Positions 13,274 to 24,427 of a stretch of 64,000 nucleotides of DNA are shown here, one piece after another; the stretch's first letter is position 1, and every line of letters starts with the position of its first letter. Source of the stretch: Takakia lepidozioides (Eukaryota; Plantae; Bryophyta); assembly GCA_030704615.1 (NCBI GenBank), contig CM060731.1, forward strand, positions 57,226,001-57,290,000. The letters are read 5' to 3'. The notes below the pieces were generated by a model that had not been told where the DNA came from, searched no databases, and saw only the letters and a program-made list of their open reading frames with translations. A program made the translations under genes and the position numbers.

Positions 13274-14040
13274 GAATTCCTTAAGAAGTTGGTACCAGTA
13301 TTGGAAGGGTCTATAGGGTCTCGCGACAACCAGCATGTAGCCTAGTGGTAATGGGCACATACCACGTTGGATGTGGTTGTGGGTTCAAACCACGATCTGG
13401 TGTGTCATGAAGGTGTCCACCTTTCAGTTGGAAGGCAGTAGCCCTTTGTGGTGAAGTGACACCATAAGTTACACTCCCTTGGGGAGGCGTCAAACTTTTA
13501 CTTTTTTTTCTTTTTAGGGTCTCGCCGGTTATCAACTTGGGCACCAACCCGGTGACAAAGAACCAACCTGGCTGGTATTTACTTTTGTAATACTCGGTTC
13601 AAGAACTGGCCCCTGGTATTGCCACTTCCAATACCTTGGTCAATTCCCTACTTAATGTTGATCAAAGGAGGATTCCTTAAGAAGTTGGTACCAATATTGG
13701 AAGGGTATATAGGGTCTCCCCGGTTATCAACCTGGGTGCCAACCCGAGAACCGACCCGGCTGGTATTTACTTTTGTAATACTCGGTTCAAGAACTGGACC
13801 CCTGGTATTGTCACTTCCAATACCTTGGTCAATTCCTTACTTAATGTTGATCAAAGGAGGATTCCTTAAGAAGTTGGTACCAGTATTGGAAGGGTATATA
13901 GGGTCTCCCCGGTTATCAACCTGGGTGCCAACCCGGTGACAAAGAACCAACCTGGCTGGTATTTACTTTTGTAATACTCAGTTCAAGAACTGGACTCCTG
14001 GTATTGCCACTTCCAATACCTTGGTCAATTCCCTACTTAA
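13274..14040 (+). repeat. Tandem repeat, ~190-bp unit x3; first unit interrupted by a SINE
   Basis: ATTCCTTAAGAAGTTGGTACC recurs at ~13276, ~13672 and ~13861 with near-identical downstream sequence. Confidence 0.9.
13325..13514 (+). mobile_element. tRNA-derived SINE, copy A
   Basis: A-box-like TAGCCTAGTGG, B-box GGTTCAAACC, T-rich tail, 11-bp TSD TAGGGTCTCGC (13314-13324 / 13515-13525). Sister repeat units lack it. Confidence 0.85.
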
Positions 14041-14499
14041 GGTCGTGCACACCTAGTGCTAGGGTTCCGGTGGTAAAGCCGCTTAACACCATATTTGCAA
14101 TCACATAACCGACCTTTTTGACACATATGTCTACGTGTCAAATCTTGATTGCGTCTGAGCAGGCCGTAGCCAGCCACCCTGCATCAGCCACTGGTGCTTT
14201 CCAAATTTCTTAAAAAAACACTGCCCTGCATACGGTATGAATATTGTGTAGGGGAAGGCCCTAAGTGGAGGGCCTTGCTGGATTTGAGGGCCCTGTGGAC
14301 GAGGGCGCAAGCCCGAGGCGAGGGCTTGAAAATCCAGGAAGGCCCAACAAGAGGGGCCTTCCCCAATGTGAAAACCTGACCTAGCAGACCCTTATAAATT
14401 TGTAAGATTGCCAGGCTGACCTTACAACCCCGGTAATGTACCTCCAAAAACAGGAGGAAAGTTCTGGTCAGGAAGTACCTCCAAATACAAAGGAAAAAT

Positions 14500-16250
14500 T
14501 AGGTCACGTTTTTACGGATGACGATTTGGAGAACATGGATGAACATCGCAGAGAAGCTTGGTTATTCTGGTATGGGATATTGGACAAGAAGCTGAGGAGA
14601 AGGGTGCGGGATGCAACTCTCCTACAAGCGGCCCAACCCACCTTAGCAAATGTGTTTTTGCTGGCAGAGCGGATAGAGCTCAACATGGTGGAGGAACGAG
14701 TGGTCATGGTGGGATTTGCTAAGGAGACACCACGGGGTAGTGGTGCTCCTAACCAACCACTACCTCAATGTGCTCAAGGCAACAAGGGGGCTCAGGTGAA
14801 GCTCAGGGAAGGACAGAAAGGACCTCAGATGCAGGCGAACAACGGGCGGAGGTGGTGTGTTGGACATGTGGAGGACCCCATGTCAAGAAGGATTGCCCAG
14901 AGGGAGGCAAAGGGCCGGCACATACACAACCTGCACAGTTGCAGTGTAGACATTGTGGCAAGCACGAGCATGGAGAGGCCCAGTGTTATGGTTTGCATCT
15001 TGAGTTGCACCTAGGCCAGTTCCAAGGAAACAATGGTGGCCGGGGGCGAGGTGGAGCAACCCATAGAGGATGAGGTGGCCAAGCACGAGGTGCAGGCCAA
15101 GGGCAAGCTCAACATGGCCAAGGACGTGGAGGTCAGGGTGTTGACCAAGGCATAGCCAACCGGCTTCAGCAGCTAGAGTAGAGGCTCGCTACCATGGCTA
15201 CAACTTAGGTGGTACCGGCTCCAAGGCCGGATGGTCCACCTCTTGCTCCTGAGGGAAGAGATATGGGAGGCATGGGATTCATGTGTGGGGCAACACTACC
15301 ACTAGTGCAAGTGGAGTCGGCGGCGGCAATGACCCGATGAGCAGCACGAACTCCTGAGCCACGAGGTGCAGAGGTGGAGTTGGATCCACAACGTGGGGAT
15401 GCAAGCCGTCAGGTTAGGCTTCCTCAGTCATTCACATTGGCGGCCATCCATGGCACCTAGTTCTCGCCCGACTGTTACTGAGGCGGAGGTTACTATGCCA
15501 TTGGGGAGATCCACACGGGCAACACCACTATCTAGTGTTGCCAAGGCTACGACAGCTAGTGTGCTACTAGGGGCGGCCATAACTGTGTGTCAGGCTCCAT
15601 TGTTCTCGGCTACCATGATTGCGACGCCGGGGGTAAGACCAGCTGAGGTGTTCAGGCTGGCAGCTACACTCTGTGAGAGTGGGGATGTTACTTCATCTTC
15701 TGCGGAGATAGTGGGAGGTGTAGTGACGGAGGGCGGATCCTCGGATGTGAGGGTCAAGACTGCCACGGCGGCGCCATGGCAAGCTACAGCTGCCAGCTAG
15801 GCCAGCCATTGAGCGCGCCATGGTGACACCTGGGGTTGTCATGTTAGACAACCAGGAGGGTATTTTCTGTTTGAGTGGACCGGCAGGCAAGAGGTACCGG
15901 CCACTGCGGGTCTTGTTGGACTCGGGAGCTTAGCCATTGATGTTGGGCAGAGCTGCTATTGCAGGCTTGGGCCTCACGGAGGCGGATATGGAGCTTTGTC
16001 ATTTCCAGATACAGACGTCTCTGGGAGGATCGGAGCAGGCTCGGGGCTTGACACGGCGAGAGTTGGCTATTAGACTACGGCCGAATCACCCTATAGATGG
16101 TTCAGTGACGCGAGCCAAGGCCATTGTGACAGACGCGGTCTCGTACGATGTCCTGGTTGGTGGGGCAGTGTTGTACCCCATGGGCTTCATCCTGGATTTT
16201 TGGGAGGAATCAGCTTCCTATAGGCCTGGATGGCAGTCAGGGGAGGGCCG
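14500..16250 (+). mobile_element. Degenerate Ty3/gypsy gag-protease fragment
   Basis: Zn-knuckle-like CWTCGGPHVKKDC and CRHCGKHEHGEAQC, protease VLLDSGA* and YDVLVGG. Multiple stops and frameshifts. Confidence 0.75.
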
Positions 16251-16328
16251 ACGTTCATGGCCCCACATGGGCGCCGCGTAACTATTGGATGTGGGGGAGA
16301 ACGTTGTAGAATAGAGAACGTTCTAGAA

Positions 16329-16623
16329 CAGTGTTTTTTTTTTTAATTTGAAAAAAAGTGCAAGTGGCTAAAGAGTTTGGCAAAAAATAGCCATACATTC
16401 TGTTCATCCATTGAAATTAGGACAAAATCATCCATTTTTGTACATAAATCCATTTATATCATCCATATTTGGCGAATTCATCCATAATTCATTTTTTCAT
16501 TTGGGGAAATTTGGCGATTTCATCCATGGAAAACAGGGAATTTGTGATAGAATATTCTGTTTTTTTTTTTTTTTTTTTCTGAGGTCGAAATTTGAAGAAA
16601 ATTCGCCAAGAAAAAAAACGCTG
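16329..16623. mobile_element. hAT-like MITE
   Basis: TIRs CAGTGTTTTTTT / AAAAAAACGCTG, 8-bp TSD-like TTCTAGAA / TTCTATAG. Absent from the inverted homolog at 18360-18590. Confidence 0.7.
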
Positions 16624-17749
16624 TTCTATAGGGAGCCGAGAAAGTGTTTCGGTAGTCGCGCCATAACTGTACCAACGTAAGAGGAGCGTAGTGGAGAGTA
16701 CCAGAGGCTGCAGAGACAAAGAGCAGGGCCAGCATGGAGGCAATGAAAAGCACCGACGTTGCAGTGGAAGTGTGTGGGAAGAGAGGGAGGGGCCGACCTA
16801 GAATCCACAGTATTTACTGCTCTATATCTCCACGTTGCGTTCTCTTGGTCTACAATCTGTTTTGGTCTAAAACAGTCTCAGCGGCGCCACCTCGGTTCGT
16901 GATCTCTAACCACTCTTCTTTCTCATCATCTACAATGCTTCAATCACCGCTCACTCCTTTAGCGCATAAGAACCATCAACTATTTTGAACATGAACATGT
17001 AGTTGGCTTTATTCATCTCAGCCAGCTATTCTATTAATGAATACATCTAGGTTCATGTTTTGTAGGTTTTTTGGAGCCCTATGTGTGCAGAGCCTACTAA
17101 AATAGGTACTAAGTACTAAATAATTAGCAGTAACTTAGTAAGTAGTAAGAGGTGGAAGAGAGCGCTTCTCTCAGGGCGGTGGGCCGGACCCCCTCAAACG
17201 ATATGGGACCCTTCTAGAAGGATGCCCCCCACATGTCACCCCTAGCAACCACCACATGACAACTGTACTCTGCTTACCGCAATTCGGCGCCTGACTATCT
17301 CCCATTTAATAGCTATCGCCTTCCTACTATCTTTTTTTTAATCCCCTTACACATTGATTATTTCTTCAAATCCTTGTGTAGCTTATTATACAAGCAGTTG
17401 TGTGCATATTCACTACACTATCTTTTAAAATTCAGAACCCAAAGATGACAGCATAAAACACCATGAGAATACCTGTGATAGATAGGTAATTTTACACAGA
17501 AAATTCAGTAGCATAGGTCAAGCAATACAAACATCAGCGTTCACAGGTCCGTAATACATAGGAATGTACGGTTCCTCATTAGTAACTGCTTCGCTAAAAC
17601 AATCAACATATGCTATTTTGAGATCTAGGGGCTCTTCTATACATGATTCTTCATCAAAATACCGTGGACCCCCTCTTCACGTCGTCATGAAAAAAGATAT
17701 CCTTCACTATTTCCATGGTGGTTTCTTTTGGCATCAACATTGTCTGCCA

Positions 17750-18345
17750 TAAAGCTTCACACAAAAACGTACCTGATGCATAAAATTTTGTCGATTTTTA
17801 GCATCGTTAACACGCAGCTTGAGAATGTACCTGTTAATTGCTTCCCAGACCGTTGGTGAAAATGATAGATGAAGCCCCTTTTGAAAATATTTGATGGCGT
17901 CAAACACACAGTTTTTTAGCTCTGCACTACCATATAGTGCGTGCATTTCTTTCCCCTCTTCCATTTCATGCACGGTGACATTATGACTAAAAAACTTGAA
18001 ATGCGGTTGTCTGTAATCTTTTAAACAGTATCATAACATCACTTTCCATGTGTGTAACCGAACTTGCCGCAATTTTTTACACATAACACTATGTCCCAAC
18101 TGTGGACATATGTCCCATCCTAAATATGTTTTTATCAGTTTGTTAACCCGAAAATTACATGTAGTTAATATTATGATTACCATCTGAAAATGTAAATGGG
18201 ACATCGTATCACCACGTTCTACAGCCAAAAACCCAACAAGACAACTTTCTATTATAAATTTTTTTAACGACTCAAACAGGTGCACCTGGACATCGCATCC
18301 TCCTACGCAACTGTACATGTCACCTCAAAAGGTTTTGATCCAACT
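17750..18345 (-). mobile_element. Degenerate HUH endonuclease, Replitron-like transposon
   Basis: FEVTCTV (motif I-like), ERGDTMSHLHFQ (HUH motif II), ML*YCLKD (catalytic YxxK motif III, read through a TGA). No helicase follows. Confidence 0.7.
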
Positions 18346-18661
18346 TTGTCCTTTCTCGTCGTGATTTCCTGGGTCGGCCCCTCCCTTTCTTCCCACACAC
18401 TTCCGCTGCTTTTCATCGCCTCCATGCTATCCCCTCCTCTTCGCCTCTGGTACTCTCCACTACGCTCGTACACTGATATAGCTGTGGCGCGACACCGGAA
18501 CACTTTCCCAGCTGCCTCGACAACGTTCTCTCTTCTACAACATTCTCCCCCACATCCAACAGCCACGAGGGGCGCATGTGGGGCCATGCCACTTTCCTTA
18601 CCACCTGATTCATAAGTTTTTGACAAACTCGCCAATGTCAACTCCCTCTTAGTCGATTTTA

Positions 18662-19118
18662 TTTTTCATGCGGCTGGGATACATATATCCCCCTTTTTAA
18701 TTCATGGACCATCCTCTAATGGATAGGGCCCACACAAACTTTGAAACGCTTTATTCCATATGCTTACTTTATCCCAAAACTTGCAGGAAATGAGAATTCC
18801 AACCCTTTGCACAACAATTGAGCATCACACCATGGCTCACTACAAATCCTTCTGATGACTGTGCCCTCACAGCCAGAGGAGGAGCAGTAAGTATATCTTC
18901 CTCCCATTATTCATATAAATTATCCCTTGGTTGGGTATAATTTTATTGATGTTAATTGAACCAACATGAGGAACCAAAAGCTTCGTTTTTGGGATGTTGG
19001 ACAGTTACTGGAAGCAAGAGAAAAAGACCTCACTTTTCTTGAAGGGGATTTCAGGAGAGTTTTTTGGCTAGTTTGCGATTGGCACTCAAGTGGTTACTGA
19101 GAATACTGGGAGTCACAC
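18662..19118. repeat. Left arm of ~450-bp inverted repeat flanking PPR locus copy 1
   Basis: Reverse complement aligns with 24428-25062 once the SINE there is removed. Confidence 0.85.
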
Positions 19119-19798
19119 CACCATAGAGACCTGTTTCATACATGCTCCCAAATCTGGTCTACAACTGTAGCAATTGTGTTCTTAAGTGGGTGGCCTCTGT
19201 CCCCCAACCTTGAACTCCAACATGCACAAACCAATGTTATAGTGTGAGGGAGTCAAACTGCATCAATCAATAACAACATACCCAAATACCCTTACAATCA
19301 CTATATGAACTTTCAAGCAGCCACCAAGGGATTGGATCTTGGTGGGTTAAGGATAGCATTTGACAATATTCATGCAAGTTCGTCAAGGGCTCCATCCAAA
19401 GCCACACAACAAGAAACAAACAAACATGTGCAAATTTAAGATGCTGAACAAACTTGTGCACAGGGCTGCCCCCTCTAATCAAGCTCATCAATATTCGTAT
19501 TCACTTCCATCTTCAAGCTTTGGAGAAGCTCCACCACCCAAACCCAGAATTAGGACAGCACTCTGATTTCCATCCACTGTCACCAAAGTCGGTCCAATAT
19601 CACCCCTTCAGTCAAGTGCAATTATGGGCTGACTTCCCACCTATGCCGGGTAGACCCCACTATCGTTTCCAGTGGATATGCCACAGAAAACAACAGTACA
19701 TCATGGTCAATACTCTCAGGAAATGGTGCATGATCTGAGTAGCTCCACAGATCAATGAATGAAGCCAGACACTCGCATCTTTCCAAGAAAACATCCTT

Positions 19799-22700
19799 TC
19801 ACCAGTAATCCCCACAAGAACAAATCCCATCTTCAAAGTGGTGAAAGCGGTTAGCGTCCCGTACAACAATTGCTCGGCCAACAATTTTTGAGATGAATTT
19901 GGTGGAGGTGTGGCAGTCACCACACACTCGAAGATTCTTGATGAGACGGAGAGGCGTCCTAGGGGTTGTGCTGATCAGCCCAAAACCAATGGCCAGCTTC
20001 TCACTGTGGTGGCAAAGAGAAAATTCCTTTTCCTCCTCCCCCACATCGTGCAATACAAAGCGCGTGTCAGGCACATACCCCGCCTCCTTCATCTCCCCAG
20101 ACAATCTTCTCAGCTCAGCATGGATTTCCTTAATTCTGGGATGCAACTTGTCATCTACAACGAAGGTGTGCACCCTGTTGCCAACCTCAATGCAGCAGCG
20201 ACCTGGCTCCTTTCTAACCCCTCTGACCTTCATCATTCTTCTCACCTTTGCAGTATCATCCCACCTGCCAGCTGCAGCATAGATGTTTGAGAGCAACACA
20301 TAAGTCGCGGCATCCTGTTCATCCCACGTGAGGATAGATGTTGCCGCACGTTCAGCCATCTCCACATTGCCATGGATTCTGCAGGCACCAAGCAAGGCCT
20401 TCCACACCACAGCATCTGGATTGATTGGCATTTTATTAATCAGGTCCACTGCCTCATCCAGTTGTCCCGCACGTCCAAGAAGGTCCACCATGCAGCCAAA
20501 GTGCTTTACCGTCGGAGTGACACCATGATCTTGAATCAGGGAATCAAAGTAGCGTCTTCCTTCATTCAGTAGGCCAGCGTGGCTGCATGCAGAGAGAACA
20601 CATATATAGGTGATACTGTCCGGCTTCAAGCCGTTCTTTTGCATTCCTTCAAATAGTTGCACGACCTCCCTATGACAACCATGCTGTGCATATCCTGCGA
20701 TCATCGCACTCCATGACACCACATTACGTTCAGCCATATTGTCGAACACTCCCTTTGCATCCTCGATGCTCCCACATTTGGCATACATGTCCACCAGGGC
20801 AGTGTTCAGGATCACATCTGGTGCAATTCCAGCTCTGACGATGTCGCCATGCACCTCTTTGCCCTTTTCCAGGGCTGCCAGGGTTGCACACGCACTGCAA
20901 ACGCACACAAACGTGATGTGGTCGGGCTTCACCCCTTCGCACATCATTTGCTCATACGTTTCCACAGCCTCCATCCCGCGCCCCTGCTGTGCATATCCTG
21001 CAAGCATCGCGCTCCACGACACCACATTTCGTTCAGCCATATTGTCGAACACTCCCTTTGCATCCTCAATGCTCCCACATTTCGCATACATGTCCACGAG
21101 GGTATTGTTCAGAATCACATCTGGTACAATTCCAGCTCTGACGATGTTGCCATGCACCTCTTTGCCCTTTTCCAGGGCTGCCAGGCTTGCACACGCACTG
21201 CAAACGCACACAAACGTGATGTGGTTGGGCTTCACCCCTTCCCCCATCATTTGCTCATACGTCTCCAAAGCCTCCATCCCGCGCCCCTGCTGTGCATACC
21301 CTGCGATCATCGCGTTCCACGACACCACATTTCGTTCAGCCATATTGTCGAACACTCCCTTTGCATCCTCGATGCTCCCACATTTGGCATACATGTCCAC
21401 AAGGGTATTGTTCAGAATCACATCTGGTACAATTCCAGCTTTGACGATGTCACCATGCACCTCTTTGCCCTTTTCCAGGGCTGCCAGGCTTGCACATGCA
21501 CTGCAAACACAAACAAACGTGATGTGGTCGGGCTTCACCCCTTCCCCCATCATTTGCTCATACGTCTCCAAAGCTTCCATCCCGCGCCCCTGCTGTGCAT
21601 ACCCTGTAAGCATCGCGTTCCACGACACCACATTTCGTTCAGCCATATTGTTGAACACTCCCTTTGCATCCTCAATGCTCCCACATTTGGCATACATGTC
21701 CACGAGGGTATTGTTCAGAATCACATCTGGTACAATTCCAGCTTTGACGATGTCACCATGGACCTCTTTCCCCTTTTCGAGGGCTCCCAGGCTTGCACAC
21801 GCATTGCAAACACAAACAAACGTGATGCAGTTGGGCTTCACCCATTCGCGCATCATTTGCTCATAGGTCTCCAAAGCATTCCTACCACACCCATGCTTGG
21901 TAAATCCTGCCAACATTATATTCCACGTGATCAAAGATCGTTGAGGCATTCTGTTGAACACTTGGTGAGCATCCATGATGCTCCCGCACTTAACATACAT
22001 GTTGACAAGGGTGTTGAGTAGAAAAACATTTGGCATGAATCCACTTTGGATAATGTGAGTGTGCACCTGCTTTCCAGCTTCCAGGCCTTTCACCTTGATG
22101 CACTTATGCAAGAGACAGACATACGTTTCTGAATCTGCTGAAATGCCTCCTTGGTTTAGAGTCTGTAGAGCCTCTTTCAGTCTGCCTGCCTCACAAAGCA
22201 TCTTCACATGCCCAGAAGTGCCAGAAGAGGCATTGTGGACTCCCTCTCTCAATCCTTTTCCAGAAGCTGTGGTCATGGTTGAGGTGCCTGATTTTATCAA
22301 CTGTGCCGCTGCAGCTGCAGCCTTTAGTCGACCATCTACCCATGCAGGTTTCTTGTAGCTATTGATCCACAGGGAATCATAGGTAATCTTGTGCTTGAAA
22401 TCTGGCCCTCTTGGATGAATCTGTACCCACACTCTACCCCTGCTCCTTCAGCTATCTATGCCTCTGCACAAATCATGCATTCATCCTTGACTTGCTGCTA
22501 GCAGCTGACAATGACAGCCTAGATTTGTTCTCGGAAACACCCAACTGAGCTTATCACACTGGTTCATATGCTGAATTGAGTCTGCTACTCTCTGGAATCT
22601 AACAGGCATTCACCTGTTGGCCTCGGTTGTCCCACCATTGACTGGGGTCAGAAAAGTATTCATTCCACAGCTTCTCCTCATCTCTGTTACCTGTTTCTGG

Positions 22701-23894
22701 ATACTTGCCTAATGTCACATTGGCAGTATCATGTCAAAGTCACTCCAAACTATCAAAGGTTCACTCAACCAGCTAACTTGCAGAATTCAACATGAAAATT
22801 TAGGGCTGATTCTGATAAGAGGGAAAAACAGGGTGAAATGTGTTGAAGAAGGTGCCTTCATTAGCAGTGCCTGATTTTATCAATTGTGCCACTGCTGCTG
22901 CGGCTTCCAGTTGACCATCTACCCATGCAGGTTTCTTGTAGCTATTGATCCACAGGGAATCACAGGTAATCTTGTGCTTGAAATCTGGCCCTCTTGGATG
23001 AATCTGGACCCACACTCCATCCCTGCTCCTTCAGCTTTCCATACCTCTGCACAAATCATGCATACATCCTTGACTTGCTGCTAGCAGCTGACAATGACAG
23101 CCTAAATGTGTTCTAGGAAACTCGCAACTCAAATTATCACACTACTTCCTATGCTCAATTGCATCTGCTACTCTCTGTGATCCAACAGGCATTCACCTTT
23201 TTGCCTCGATTGTCCCACCATTGACTGGGGTCAGAAAAGTATTCATTCCACAGCTTCTCCTCCTCTCTGTTACCTGTTTCTGGATACTTGTCTCCATTGT
23301 CCCACCATTGACTGGGGTCGCAAAAGCGTTCATTCCAAAACTTCTCCTCATCTCTGTTATCTGTTTTTGGATACTTTCCTGCTGCCACATCGGCACTAAC
23401 TTGTCGAAGTCATTTCAAACCACCACAGATGCACTTCAACATATGGAAAATGAAAGGCTACAACTTGGATGCAGACACCATAATCAATATGCAAATTCAG
23501 GGCCGAGTCTGATGAGAGGGCAAAACAGGCTGAAATAGGTCGAAGAAGAAGGTGCCCTCACCACATTGTCCTTGACCTTGTGTCATGACCCATGGAGGAT
23601 TTGATCGACCATCAACCCAAAAGGACCTCTTGTGTGTGCTGCTTGTGACTGTAGTCAGGTAATGGCGGATTGGTCTGTGAGAACCACCACGGTGCAGTTG
23701 AGCAGGCAGAGACTGAAACACGGCCTGCTAATACCAAGCTGACTCTTCCAAGAACCTTGTGAACATCAGGAAGAATACTAAAACAGGAGCCAAGAGCCCA
23801 CATTTGCAGGATGGACAAACTTCTTCACATCGTATATTAAGAAAAAGCCACACCTTGCGATTGCACCATCGTGAAGGATCTTTATAAAACTCAT
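19799..23894 (-). CDS. PDF-motif + PLS-PPR + E1/E2/DYW protein (putative organellar C-to-U editing factor), copy 1; exons 23894-23854, 23674-23562, 23378-23197, 23003-22856, 22708-22614, 22420-19799; ~1066 aa
   Basis: Last exon: L1-S1-(P1-L1-S1)x4-P2-L2-S2, E1/E2, PG box, HSEKLA, CGDCH, terminal DYW. Upstream exons encode WNEYFSDPSQWWDNRG|IHPRGPDFKHK..SLW..PAWV. All intron phases are compatible; intron 4 needs a GC donor. Confidence 0.88.
20730..21870 (-). repeat. Near-identical 303-bp PLS triplet tandem repeats inside PPR copy 1
   Basis: DVILNNTLVDMYAKCGSIEDAKGVF recurs every 101 aa. Confidence 0.95.
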
Positions 23895-24427
23895 GCCAGC
23901 TCTGCTCCGTGCTCCAAGGTAGAGGTGTGTGCTCGAAAATCCGACAGCATCAACATTTTGACAAGGTCCTTTACTGAGGGGTGCTAGTGAGCTTTCAACA
24001 ACATTCATGCAAGTTTTTTTGGGCTCCATTGGGCTCTACCCGATGAGGAACAACGAACATGTCCAGACTTACACAGATGGTAAACCAGCTTATGTTTGCA
24101 GTCTGGAGATTGTAGAGTGGTCTCTGGAAACGACCAGGGAGGAAGGCGCTGAGCAGCCAAGAGTCTACGTTCTGGTTGAGTAGCTTACTATAGCTTTTGT
24201 TTTCTTCACTTGTTTCTTGTTGGCATATGAAATTTACAACTACCTCCATGCAGGTAATCTTAGGATTTTCTACATGAAGGTAGTTGCAAAACCAAGCTGA
24301 ACTACCTGCATGAGAGTAGTTACAAACTACCTCCATGGAGGTAGTTATAGTCAGCGCCAGCCACCGCGTTCGAGTATGGAACCCCGAGTCCTGCATCGCT
24401 ACATCATCATCGACCTACCACCAGACC

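Larger units (their letters stand above)
16255..18590. repeat. Diverged inverted repeat pair (16255-16805, interrupted by the MITE, and 18360-18590) bracketing the HUH ORF
   Basis: Shared blocks CATGGCCCCACATG, GAGCGTAGTGGAGAGTACCAGAGGC and GGAAGTGTGTGGGAAG in opposite orientation. Confidence 0.75.

Noticed and set aside
13325-13400. tRNA gene
   Set aside because: No convincing cloverleaf; body, tail and TSD indicate a SINE head.
19799-20215. U-to-C (DYW:KP) editing factor
   Set aside because: It has a PG box, HSEKLA and a DYW end, typical of the C-to-U class.
20739-22021. Long plus-strand ORFs (375 and 390 aa; likewise 34137-35186)
   Set aside because: Antisense shadows of the repetitive PPR coding sequence.
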